The notes under the pieces: generated by a model | What the model was told of the DNA's origin: nothing | Databases searched by the model: none | Seen by the model: only the letters and a program-made list of their open reading frames with translations | Shown: positions 37,456 to 49,650 of the stretch, one piece after another | Position numbering within the stretch: position 1 is the stretch's first letter | Layout: each line of letters begins with the position of its first letter | Source: Octopus sinensis | Taxonomy: Eukaryota | Assembly: GCF_006345805.1 (NCBI RefSeq) | Contig: NC_043011.1 | Location: 59,594,464 to 59,658,463 of the forward strand | Reading direction: 5' to 3' | DNA length: 64,000 bases | Position numbers and translations under genes: made by a program

Positions 37456-38613
37456 ATATATTTGTGACGTGATCTTTCGACCTTTATTTTTTTTTTTTTG
37501 CAAATTAGAAAAGAGACATTTTGCTTGAAGAAACGAAGTCTTCTTTGTCTTCTCCTTTGCTTATTATTGCTTTATAATCGTTATACAAACCTAATTAATC
37601 TTAGTCTTTTATAATTGTTCCCCTTCTACCCTTTCGCCACATATCAATCTGTACGCCATATGCGATTTTGCACGAAACCTTGCTGGGCTGTTAGTTTTGG
37701 TCCTAGAGAGGATTTTCCTTAATGCTACGCTTTTCGTTGCTTTTGTTCTTTTTCATTGTGCTTTATTTTCTTTGTTTATTTTTTATATTCTTCTCTGATT
37801 TGATGCTTTTGAAATATTCGCTGTCAGGTCAGTAAAACACTCTCTGTTTTTATCTTTCTTTATAGACGATTATCGTTGACAGACGCTTGTGCGCTCAAAC
37901 AATACTGATATGGGTGTAAAATTTACCCGTGGGACTTACATGTTCCAACACTATATATCGCCTGTATTATTTTCCCTGAGCCCTTTTACATCTCTGACCT
38001 CTTTAAAGATTTCCTCCCGCTTGATTTATAGGATGTGGATGGAATCTGGAAATTTAGAAAACTTGAATAATGATATCATTACATCCATCGCATATTTCAA
38101 TTTTGTCATCTGTACAAGCGTCACATCACTGCAGCATTCATATCATTATATTTTCTGTCAGTGCAAACATCATATCACTCCAAGCATCGCAATGCTTAGC
38201 TACACTATAGTCACATAACTACAACAGTCAAAACACTGGGTCATAACCAGGAATACTACAACATTCTGTCACAATGCAACCCGTCATTACCAAGAACATC
38301 ACTTCACTACAACCGCACAACACTACATTGGTCATCTCTATAAATATCACAGCTTCACAACCCTCACAACACTATCCATCTCCAATGCATTTTACATCTC
38401 GCAACACCTCCAAATATCTTCTACTCGATGATGTTCGCTATAGTGTACAATGAAAAAGCTAACACCTTTCTCATATTCTTCTGTAAACGTTTTCCTGATT
38501 CATCTAATTTCTCTGATATGTTGCTTCTTTCAATGTCAATGCTTACTAAGCCTCTTGCGCATGTTCGTGTACTGGGAGGAATAGATCTCACCTTCCGATT
38601 ACTTTACAACCGT

Positions 38614-39012
38614 GCTGTGTGGTAAGTAGCTTGCTAACCAACCACATGGTTCCGGGTTCAGTTCCACTGCGTGGCATCTTGGGCAAGTGTCTTCTGCTAT
38701 AGCCCCGGGCCGACCAATGCCTTGTGAGTGGATTTGGTAGACAGAAACTGAAAGAAGCCTGTCGTATATATGTATATATATATGTATGTGTGTGTATATG
38801 TTTGTGTGTCTGTGTTTGTCCCCCTAGCGTTGCTTAACAACCGATGCTGGTGTGTTTACGTCTCTGTCATTTAGCAGTTCGGCAAAAGAGACCGATAGAA
38901 TAAGTACTGGGCTTACAAAGAATAAGTCCCGGGGTCGATTTGCTCGACTAAAGGCGGTGCTCCAGCATGGCCGCAGTCAAATGACTGAAACAAGTAAAAG
39001 AGTAAAAGAGTA
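38614..39012 (+). mobile_element. SINE family B, near full length
   Basis: GGGTTCAGTTCC B-box-like motif, CTTGGGCAAGTG CORE-like block, internal microsatellite, GTAAAAGA tail repeats. Confidence 0.85.
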
Positions 39013-40093
39013 ATAGCAATCAATCGTTGCAGCTCTTCCTACTTTATGAGGCTTCCGTCTGTAGACTTTGTGCGCGATTATAAGAGACAGTCTTCCCCCA
39101 AAGTTCGTAAAGCTGCTCTCTCTGTTGGTGCTAACATTATATACAGAAAGGACAAATATTTCTCTCCGGCTCACATATTTCCTTAATATCATCGTTTCCA
39201 GCATTTTTTCTGCATCACTTCTATTCATTATTTATGCGTTGTTTTCGAGGGAAAACATTCCCTTTCTCGAGACATCATCCAATGCTTTGTAAGATTACAA
39301 AGCAGAGGGTAACTCTTAGTGAGTAGACACTCATGCCGTGTAACTTTATTAATATCTAAAACTTAGAGTGCCAAAAATGTGTGTTTAATAACAACTATCG
39401 TATCTTCCAGACATTAAAAAAAACTAATTTCCAAAGGAAAACTATTGATGACAATATGCTATGTTGCATCAAAATTCTGTTTTCATTTTGCTTTCGACTA
39501 TTTGTTGAGGGTCGATGAACTGTGACAAAGCAAGGCAGAGACTGCAAAAAACACGCTTCAGATTTGCTAGAGGTTGGCTGCATGAGTTTTAGTTATTAAA
39601 TTTCACTAGTCTTATTATAAACAAGGATTGTCACGTCTTGCTGAAAGCAGGTGTGTGTGTGTGTGTGTTTGCATTCATATCGGATGCAAGCTGTTAGTAA
39701 TAAGACTGCTTTTTCAATTAATACATACATACATATATATATATATATATGTACGTATATATGTATGTATGTTTTTGTGTGTGTGTGTGTGCACGCATGT
39801 GTGTGTGTGTGTGTGCACGCATGTGTGTGTGTGTGCGTACAAAATTTATCTAGGACTCATCTATATTTCCGACGCACCTATCACACTAGAAATGTCTTGT
39901 AGCGAATATGAAAGAAGCCCATCGTGTGCGTATGTCTGTGTGTCTGTGTTTGTCCCCACCACCACCACCATCGCTTGACAGCCGATACTGGTGTGTTTAC
40001 GCCCTCGTAACTTAGCAGTTCGGCAATAGAGAACAATAGAATAAGTACTAGGCTTACAAGGAATAAGTTCTGAGGTCGATTTGTTCGATTAAA

Positions 40094-40324
40094 GGCGGCG
40101 AGCGGGCAGAAACGTTAGCGCGCCGGGCAAAATACTTAGCGGTATTTCGTCTGTCGTTACGTTCTGAGTTCAAATTCTGCCGAGGTCGACTTTGCCTTTC
40201 ATCTTTTCGGGATCGATAAACAAAGTACCAGTTTCGCACTGGGGTCGATGTAATCGACTTAATCCCTTTGTCTGACCTTGTTTGTCCCCTCTATGTTTAG
40301 CTCCTCTTGGGCAGTAAAGAAATA
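40094..40324 (+). mobile_element. SINE family M nested in a family B SINE
   Basis: TAAAGGCGG is duplicated at 40090-40098 and 40325-40333; the host resumes with TGTTCCAGCATGGCCGCAG. Confidence 0.85.
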
Positions 40325-40750
40325 TAAAGGCGGTGTTCCAGCATGGCCGCAGTCGAATGACTGAAATTAATCAAAGAATAGCGATAAGAGGAAAAGAATC
40401 TGATTTTTGGTGCCCTCGGTGAAAACTCCGGACCTGTCTCAGTATTATAAGATTCTTCAGTATTATAAGATTCTACTAAATCAATGGAGATGGTGAAGTA
40501 TCGAAGCATATAGAAAGGTATACATACGCACGTAGGACGAAATAATAGAAAAACCGAAGAAAATTACACTAGAATGATAAACTGTTGCAATTTTATATTT
40601 AAACAGTAACGCTGCCGTAATCTTCTTTAGAGAGACTTAGTAATTTTAATACTTCTATTATTGAAAACAAATGGATGTATTCCACTGTAACTAGGTAAAT
40701 AAAATCTTCGAACAGACGGTCGGTAGCGACACCTGCTGGGTCTGACTACG

Positions 40751-40791
40751 CTGCATTGATAAAGGGCAACAACCCTGAAACATGTCTGCAG
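40751..40791 (+). ncRNA. Type I hammerhead ribozyme motif (U3-A8 variant), apparently intact
   Basis: Stem I CTGCA/TGCAG; core TTGATAA; stem II AGGG-CAACAA-CCCT; GAAA; palindromic stem III ACATGT; GUC triplet with predicted cut after 40786. Stem I extends into a long hairpin, 40703-40839. Confidence 0.8.
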
Positions 40792-41066
40792 ATGTCTGAC
40801 CAGCAAGGTGAAGCGGCTGACCTCCCCTGTTCGAAGGTTGTAATGGACGCAGGTTCGTGTGTCATATAGCTAGCTAGAGGCGATGGCCTCTTGGAGTTAA
40901 TCAGCGACAGCTTTAGTCTTATATTTATGGACTGCCATATTAGTTTGGCGATAACTATTAATATATTTAAACAATTTTATTTTTAAATGATCACGTGTGT
41001 TATTGTTAAAACATATTTTCGTAATCTGGAGACGTTATATCTATCAGGAGGTATTTGGGGTTCATA

Positions 41067-41298
41067 AGGCGGTGAGCTGGTAGAAACGTTAGCACACCGG
41101 GCGAAATGCGTAGCCGTATTTTGTCTGCCGTTACGTTCTGAGTTCAAATTCCGCCTTGGTCGACTTTGCCTTTCATCCTTTCGAGGTCGATAAATTAAGT
41201 ACCAGTTACGCACTGGTGTCGATGTAATCGACTTAATTCGTTTGTCTGTCCTTGGTTCCCCTCTGTGTGTAGCCCCTTGTGAGTAGTAAAAGAAATAG
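41067..41298 (+). mobile_element. SINE family M
   Basis: Full copy with a degenerate ~17-bp TSD. Confidence 0.85.
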
Positions 41299-41330
41299 TT
41301 ATTTTGGGTCCATAGAAACATAATGTGCGT

Positions 41331-41368
<38 letters not shown>

Positions 41369-41497
41369 AAAATTTATTTATGACTCACCTAATATTTCCG
41401 GCACACCTATCACTCAAGAAAAGTACTGTAGCGAATACGGTAACTTCAATGAATGGTGATCGTACCCGTATTGATGAGGGTAATAATGTCCAGGTCG

Positions 41498-41881
41498 TGG
41501 AGGCGCAATGGCCCAGTGGTTAGGGCAGCGGACTCGCGGTCGTAGGATCACGGTTTCGATTCCCAGACCGGGCGTTGTGAGTGTTTATTGAACGAAAACA
41601 CCTAAAAGCTCCACGAGGCTCTGGCAGGGGATGGTGGTGATCCTTGCTGTACTCTTTCACCACAACTTTCTCTCACTCTTACTTCCTGTTTCTGTTGTAC
41701 CTGTATTTCAAAGGGCCGGCCTTGTCACTCTCTGTGTCACGCTGAATATCCCCGAGAACTACGTTAAGGGTACACGTGTCTTTGGAGTGCTCAGCCACGT
41801 ACACGTTAATTTCACGAGCAGGCTGTTCCGTTGATCGGATCAACCGGAACCCTCGTCGTCGTAACCGACGGAGTGCTTCCA
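41498..41881 (+). mobile_element. tRNA-derived SINE, OR-like head with tail X
   Basis: As 36286-36669; 13-bp TSD AATGTCCAGGTCG (41485-41497 and 41885-41897). Confidence 0.9.
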
Positions 41882-42635
41882 CTAAATGTCCAGGTCGCTG
41901 CTTTGAGTTCTGCCTCCGTATGAGTGGTTGTATTTCTGAGAATTTATTATCATTTCTCATCCCCTCTTCACGTGTACATCTATACCATCCTGTTTAATTT
42001 GGGGCATTTCAAAATACTGTCAGTCTGCAGTGCACAAAACACTCACCTTCAACGTGTAACTAAGAGTCTTAAGCAACCATAATAAAATAATCGATTGTCT
42101 TTTCAAATTACAAGTTTAATTCTTTGCTTTATCGCATATTTTTGGTTGCATGCTCTGCGTTCAAAAATAAAATGATCTCAGCTCTTAACTCCCAGCTGGG
42201 ATCGAACACTAACCCTTCTCTACTTCATTCTTGCTTAGTCTTGCCGCTTAATTTCTTGCCATCATTTTACCAAGGTATAATGAAATGTATCTACGTAGTG
42301 GGGGTGCTTTTAAATATATTCTATCGTAGATATCCCTTCTTCCTCACGCATGTCGCTTACTTCATTTTTTCCTAATATACCAGTAAACATCCTTACAGTT
42401 AACAGAAAGATATTTGCTGCTTTTTCTAGCTGTTTCTCTTAGTTCTGTCAGCATCTGGTTAAATGTTTTACTTAGATATCGCTTTATAATCACATCTTAT
42501 TTATAAATATTCTTTCCCGATATCACTTGTGGCTGGATTGAACTCCGAACACTTGTTCAGAGTTTTCATTATTTTCTCTCTGTTGTATCCAATTCTTTTA
42601 TCCCCCAGGTAAGTAGATTAGATGCAGCACCACAA

Positions 42636-43012
42636 GAGGTGCAATGGCCCAGTGGTTAGGGCAGCGGATTCGCGGTCGGAGGATCACGGTTTCGATTCCC
42701 AGACCGGGCGTTGTGTGCGTTTATTGAGTGAAAACACCTAAAGCTCCACGAGGCTCCGGCAGGGGGTGGGGGGTGGCAACCTATGTTGTACCTTTTCGCT
42801 CCAACTTTCTCTCACTCTTTCTTCCTGTTTCTTGTCCCCGACTTCCTACGCAACCGCTGAGCCTGGATGCGCATTCATCCATCCATCCGTCGATGCTCTC
42901 GGTGTCTGGGGCTGACCTGCTTTCTCTTCTGCGGGTCTTACGAATAGCAAAGGACCACGATTCGGACTTCTACCACTGCGAGCTCTGGGACGAAGACCGC
43001 TTCGCTCAACAG
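42636..43012 (+). mobile_element. tRNA-derived SINE, OR-like head with tail Y
   Basis: Same first ~195 nt as 36286, then a different 3' half ending GACGAAGACCGCTTCGCTCAAC. Confidence 0.9.
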
Positions 43013-43424
43013 TAGCAGCAGCAACATATACAATACCGATACCTATTATCTTATCTTTTCATTATTTGTTTCTATATTTTATTTATATAAGTCTGACGTC
43101 TCTAAAGCGTATTTTCCTTTCAATGGATTGTACTTCTGTTTATTGATTTCTAAATATTTTAACTGGCCAATGTCTAACTTTCGGCCATTGTAATTGCCAC
43201 TAGATCTGGAATGCTCAGGGCCTCAATGCTTTTGATCATTGGTCCAGTCATTCGGGTTCGAATAGGAGCTAAACAACAGCATAAACACTATCTTATATAC
43301 CTTCTATAATCTACATTTGTATCGTCACGTGTACCGTATTTTGCAAAGGAATTTATCGCTAGGCAAGACTGAGGTGGATAAATCTGATACAAATTTGTTT
43401 TCTCTCAAAATGCTGTCTTTATCG

Positions 43425-44048
43425 GCTTATTCCGTTTGTCTGTCCTTGTTTGTCCTCCCTGTGTTTAGCCCCTTGTGGGTAGTAAAGAAATAGGTATTTC
43501 GTATGCAGTTACGTTCTGAGTTCAAATTCCGCTGAGGTCGACTTCACCTTTCATCCTTTCGGGGTCGATTAGATAAGTACCAGTTACGCACTAGGGTCGA
43601 TGTAATCGACTTAATCCGTGTGTCTGTCCTTGTTTGTCCCCTCTGTGTTTATCCCCTTGTGGGTAGTAAAGAAATAGGTATTTCGTCCACCTTTACATTC
43701 TGAGTTCAAATTCCACCGATATCATCTGGGCCTTTCAAACTTTTAGTGTTTTATTGAGGTCAATGTAATCGACTTACCCTCCTCTCCCCCGAAATTTCTG
43801 GCCTTGTGCCAAAATTTGAAATCATTGTTGTTGTTATTGATGAGGATGATTGTTCGTATTGTTGTTGTTGTTAAGGCAGCGAACTGGTAGAATAGTTATC
43901 ATGCCGGACAAAGTGCCGTTGCGCAATTTTGTCCGTCTTCACTTTCTGAGTACAAATTCCTTTACCTGTTGAACACTGAAATCGATGGCATCAACTGGCC
44001 CCCTCCCCTCAAATTTCAGGCTTTGTGCCAAAATTAGAAAGGATTATT
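43425..44048 (+). mobile_element. Tandem and partial family M SINE units
   Basis: Tail-unit-tail-unit repetition followed by a degenerate copy. Confidence 0.8.
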
Positions 44049-44129
44049 ATCTTTGTTGTTGCTGTTGTTGTTTTGATATCGTTGGCGGTGTTGCTTCAGT
44101 TACACGTTTTTATTATTCATAATAAATTC

Positions 44130-44552
44130 TTCTTTCTTTACTGCCCACAAGAAGCTACACACAGATGGGACGAACAAGGACAGACAAATGGATTACATCG
44201 ATTATATCGACCCCAGTGCGTAACTGGTACTTATTTAATCGAACCCGAAAGGATGAAAGGCAAGGTCGACTTTGGTGGAATTTGAACTCAGAACGTAGCG
44301 GCAGACGAAATACTTATTTCTATTTCTTTACTACCCACAAGGGGCTAAACACAGAGAGGACAAACAAGGACAGACAAACGGATTCAGTCGATTATATCGA
44401 CCACAGTGCGCAACTGGTACTTATTTAATCGACCCCGAAAGGATGAAAGGCAAAGTCGACCTCGGCGGAATTTAAACTCAGAACGTAGCGGCAGACGTAA
44501 TACCGCTAAGCATTTCGCCCGACGTGCTAACGTTTCTGCCAGCTCGCCGCCT
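44130..44552 (-). mobile_element. SINE family M dimer
   Basis: Two units flanked by a single TSD, TTATTCATAATAAATTCT. Confidence 0.9.
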
Positions 44553-45709
44553 TATTCATAATAAATTCTGACTTTTGCAAGGGTTCACGTTTAGAAAGAC
44601 GGGTATAGAAACTAGAAGGGGTTTGATTGACCGCAGTGCTTGACAGGTTTTTTAGAGAACCTATATCGAAATATAGACATAGCAAAGTCTACCTTGGCAT
44701 ATTTATTACATATAAATCAGGATGGTCGAACCGAGCAGTGAATTGAAATCCACTCTCTTTGTTTCGTGAGGGTAATTTTACTTTCCGGAGTCGAACGTAA
44801 AACTAAATACCAGTTACGTAATGGTGTCGTTTAAAACGAGACATCGACGTCGTTGATTTTGTAATTGTTGTTGTTGTTGTTGACGATAAGGATGATAATG
44901 ATGATGATGACGATGATGATGATGATAGTGGTGGTCCTGATGGTGGTTATTATTATGACGATGATAATGAAGAAGAGGAGGAAGATGACGATGATGGTGA
45001 TGAAGATAATGATGATTTTTTTGTTGTGGATGTAAATATTGTTGATATTGTTATTGATATTCATGACGACGACGACGACGATGATGATGATGATGAGCAT
45101 TATCATCATCATCATCGTCATAAGCAGCATCACGATGTTGATAGCGTTGTTGAATTTGTTGTTGACATTGATGATGATGATGATGATGAGAAAAATATGT
45201 TAAATCTGCTGATAATATTATTGTTCTTGTTATTGACGGCAACCTTTATGATGATCATGATGATGTCGACCATGTTGTTGATTTTGTTGTTGTTATTGTT
45301 GTTGTTATTCTTTAGCTCTGCATTGATCCAAAAGACAGGTTATCCAAGGCTTCCAAACCATGACAATTTAATCCTTACTTACAATAATCCCCAACACATT
45401 ATCCAATATGTTTCTTTCTTTTCCCTAAATTCGGTAGTGATTTGTGAGAGACATGGCTGCTATTTCTAGCAGGTCCACTGGCCCCCTCTTCGGTTCATTA
45501 TTATTGTTGTTGTTGTTATTATTACTGTTACAGTCCAAACCTTTTTAAGCATTTAGTAACGTCTCTCTTTTAAAATTTCGTCCTTCTGAGCCCCATAAAA
45601 CAGGTTCCAGTCATTCAAATAGGAATTTGGCGAGGGTCTTCATCAGCCGAGGATCAAAGATATTTATGGTTTCGTTACTTTAACCCTTTTATTGCAGAAA
45701 TCAGATATA

Positions 45710-46098
45710 TATTTCTTTACTACCCACAAGGGGCTAAACGCAGAGGGGACAAACAAGGACAGACAAACGGATTAAGTCGATTACATCGAACCAGTGCGAA
45801 ACTGGTACTTTATTTATCGACCCCGAGAGGATGAAAGGCAAAGTCGACCTCGGCGGAATTCGAACTCAGAACGTAACGACAGACGAAACAGGCTATGCAT
45901 TTCGCCCGGCGCGCTAACGTTTCTGCCAGCTCGCCGCCTCTCTAGTGTCAGCAGAAGTTCGCCATTGCCTTCTGCCGGAGCCGCGTGGAGCTTAGGTGTT
46001 TCGCTCATAAACACACACATCGCCCGGTTTGAGATTTGAACCCTCAATCCCTCCACCGCAAGTCCGCTGCTCTAACCACTAGGCCATGTGCCTCCACC
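45710..46098 (-). mobile_element. Family M SINE (45710-45939) adjoining the 5' part of an OR-like SINE (45960-46098)
   Basis: Matches to both family consensuses. Confidence 0.8.
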
Positions 46099-46320
46099 AG
46101 ATATAAGATATATTCACTCGAAATTTCATTATTCTTAACAGCAGAAAATAGTTTTCCATAACAATTTAACTTTTGTTGAGGAATATCATATTTGAAACTC
46201 TTTTTTGTCGAAATATATCAAGTTTACAGATTTGCAGAAAACACCAAATATTTAACCTCATTACTGGAATAACCGTAAAATCTTATTTTTCAGCTGAAGG
46301 GTTAATTTACAGGTATGATA

Positions 46321-46550
46321 GGCGGCGAGCTGGCAGAAACGTTAGCACGCCGGGCGAAATGCGTAGCCGTATTTTGTCTGTCGTTACGTTCTGAGTTCAA
46401 ATTCCGCCGAGGTCGACTTTGCCTTTCATCCTTTCGGGGTCGATAAATTAAGTACCAGTTACGTACTGGGGTCGATGTAATCGACCTAATACCTATGTCT
46501 GTCCTTGTTTGTCCCCTCTGTCTTTAGCCCCTTGTGGGTAATAAAGAAAT
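46321..46550 (+). mobile_element. SINE family M
   Basis: Full copy with TSD AGGTATGATA(GGC). Confidence 0.9.
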
Positions 46551-47066
46551 AGGTATGATAGGCAACGCAAATATACTCCCCTTCAGACACACATCGAGAG
46601 GAGACTTCATCACCCTCTTCTCTCCCTTTTTCTACATTTTGTAGTCAATTATTGTCTGTCATTTTAATCGAGTGTCTTCTTTCACAAACATGTATAGCTC
46701 TGTGTCGATGTTAGAAGGATATGTAAACACCTGAAGGTAAGAGTCTTGGATTAAGGTTCGGTTTCCATTAAATCCAGTTTGTTTGTTTTTTTTTGTGGTG
46801 GTGGTGGTAGTGGTGGTTGGTTCTTTTCCAGTAGTTGGCAAAATAAGAACACTCACCGTTTCTTATACTTCTCTTAAAATATACAGCCCACTTTCTATTC
46901 GAAAAAAAAAAGTATTTAGTTTAAAGGACGGGGAACAGTAGAATAAGTTGGTTAGCATGTTTTATGGTATTAAGCTACATCCCGTTTATGTTGAGTTCAA
47001 ATCCCAACAGAGATACATGTGCTATTCGTTTCTTTGAAGTCAGTAAAATAAATTCTGACATATTCT

Positions 47067-47460
47067 TTTCTACTCAAGGCCCAAGGCTCGAAATTTTGGG
47101 GTGGGGGCCAGTTGATTAGATCGACCCCAGTACACAACTGAGGCTTAATTCATCGACCCCGAAAGGATGAAAGGCAAAGTCGACCTCGGAAGAATTTGAA
47201 CTCAGAACGTAGCGGTAGAAAAAATACCTATTTCTTTGCTACCCACATGGGGCTAAACACAGAGGAGACAAGCAAGGACAAACAGACGGATTAAGTCGAT
47301 TACATCGACCCCAGTGCGTAACTGGTACTTTAATTATCGACCCCGAAAGGATGAAAGGCAAAGTCGACCTCGGCGGAATTTGAACTCAGAACGTAAAGAT
47401 AAACGAAATACCGCTAAGTATTTCGCCCGGCGTGCTAACGTTTCTGCCAGCTCGTCGCCT
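47067..47460 (-). mobile_element. SINE family M dimer
   Basis: Two units with different tails, flanked by a single TSD TAAATTCTG(A/G)CATATTC. Confidence 0.9.
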
Positions 47461-47724
47461 TTAAATTCTGGCATATTCCTCCCTCAGAGATCGATAAAAT
47501 ATCAAGAAAAGAAGTACTGCCAAGTTCTAACCAACAAAAGACCAAGAAAGGGCCGACCAAGTGGCAGCCATGTATCAGCTTAAGTAGCCACCAAATACCA
47601 GTTAACTACTGGGGTCGATTTAATCGACCATACACTAACACCCACACACTCACCCACCTATAATGTTCATGTGTAACCCCCTGAAAACGCTAAAAACTAT
47701 TATTAATCGATTTTTAAAAAAAGC

Positions 47725-48805
47725 GATGACAAGGTAGAATCGTTAGCGCGTCGGACAAAATGCTGAACGGTCTTTCTTCCAGATCACAAAGTTCTGAGTT
47801 CAAATGCAAACGAGGCTTTGTAACACCTTTTAAAATACGTAGTTATATATATGAAAGGGCTCTGGTGGCAAAATGGCTTGCGATACCCTTTCTGGAGTTT
47901 TACATCCCTCGGTCAAATGCAAAACAAAGTTCACCTTTGCTTTTCACCCTTTCAGGGTTTATGAATTTAGTAGGAGTAGAGTACGAGGATCGATGTAATC
48001 AAACTCACCTTTTTCCCTAAATTGTTGACCTTGTGTGAACCAGAATTTGAAATCTTTATTTCTTCTTTCAGTTCGTTGGTTGCATTTCTTTGTTACAGTT
48101 TCATCCTCGGGAATCAGGAGAGACGAAGCTGCAAACCAACAAATAAAAACATTTACAATGATTTGATCTAACGACAGGGCCTCTACGTGCGCACTAGAAA
48201 AGAAAAACAACTTACTAAAAACAGCAGCTAAATTTCCGTCAGATCCCTATTCATCGTCTCAATGAAAGACACTACATAATGGTTACCTTCATTTTCCTTA
48301 GAAGTTAGGATTATCGTGGCTAAAATGCCACGAGTTTTCTCAACGTTGATTTGAGGATAAGGGTTTCGAATTTTGGCACAGTGGCCAACAACATTTGAGG
48401 GAGGGTGAAAGTCAATTACATCGACCCTGGGGTCCAACAGGAACTTTATTGTAGTGACCTTGAAAGGATGAAAGGCACACTAGACTTCGGTGGAATTTGA
48501 ACTCTATGTGAAGATGACATGCAACAAAACATTTCGTCCGACGTGCTGATGACTTTGGCCCACGCCACAATCTTGGGGTTATATAATGCTCCCTTCTATG
48601 AATGACACAAGACTTGAAAATCGGGGAATGGGGCGAGGATTGGATTATATCACCTCCAGTACTCAACTGGTATTTATTTCATTGACCATTAAAAGAATGA
48701 AAGGCAAAGTCAGCCTCGGCGAATTTGAACACAGAACTTAAAGACAACGAAAAAATGCCGCTAAGTACTTTATCCGGCGTGCTAACGATTCTGCCAGCTC
48801 ACCCC
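47725..48805. mobile_element. Cluster of degenerate family M SINE copies
   Basis: Diverged B-box and Meta-like blocks on both strands. Confidence 0.6.
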
Positions 48806-49374
48806 TTTTTGTGGGGTAAAATAATAACAACACAAACATGGACGAAAAAAACTAACAAAACAGTTAACGAAATACAACATACGAAGAACCACGCAACTTT
48901 CAGTCAATATTTATAATTTACACCTGATGCTTTACTGCATTTGCATAAAACTAATAAAAACGAGTGGCATATCTGTGCTTAAAATCATAAAAGGGCATCT
49001 TTAATTTCACGAATTCATTGATATACAACTCATATTACATTAGTGTTGGTTCCTAAGGCAAAATCTTAAAACATTGAATGTTCAGGAGAGCAAATTTTTC
49101 ACAGAAGGAAACTTTCACTCAAATCCTTGTTCTTTTCTTTCTTCACGTGATAATAACTACTTCGGAAGGTCGCCGATCAACTATTACACCCGTTTCGCTA
49201 GTATAATCGTTTAATTCTAAATCCTTTTGGAAATAGAATTTGGCCGTCAATAATAGGAAACTACCTGGTTCTTATTTTCTTTTTTTATGAGTATTTTTAA
49301 AAAATTTTCATTAAAGTTTGATTTTAAAATTTTAGTTAAGTAAGGGCGAAGATTTCGCCAGTCTTGGTTTAAAC

Positions 49375-49650
49375 CAATGGTTCTCAGCTGAGGTTCACAT
49401 GACCTTGGATGGGGTGGTGATCCATGTAAGATTTTACTGTTAAAGTTTATGCGCAATAAATTAGTTTTCTTTCTCTAATAATGCACAAAATATTTTAACA
49501 ATTTTTTTATACAATTGCTAATAATATTTAATTATAAAAATATAATCAGACTTTTTAAAGCACTGAATGGGTTATTTTAAATGCTGAATGCCAGTACAAT
49601 AAAATAGGAATCAAAGGGGTTCATACGAAAAAACTGGCTAAGAAGGACTG
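49375..49650. mobile_element. hAT-like MITE
   Basis: Ends CAATGGTTCTC...GAAGGACTG; 8-bp TSD GTTTAAAC/ATTTAAAC; homologous to 29485-29738. Confidence 0.75.

Noticed and set aside
42830-43010. Possible HDV-like ribozyme in SINE tail Y
   Set aside because: Several hairpins are present, but I could not assign P1/P3/P1.1 consistently.
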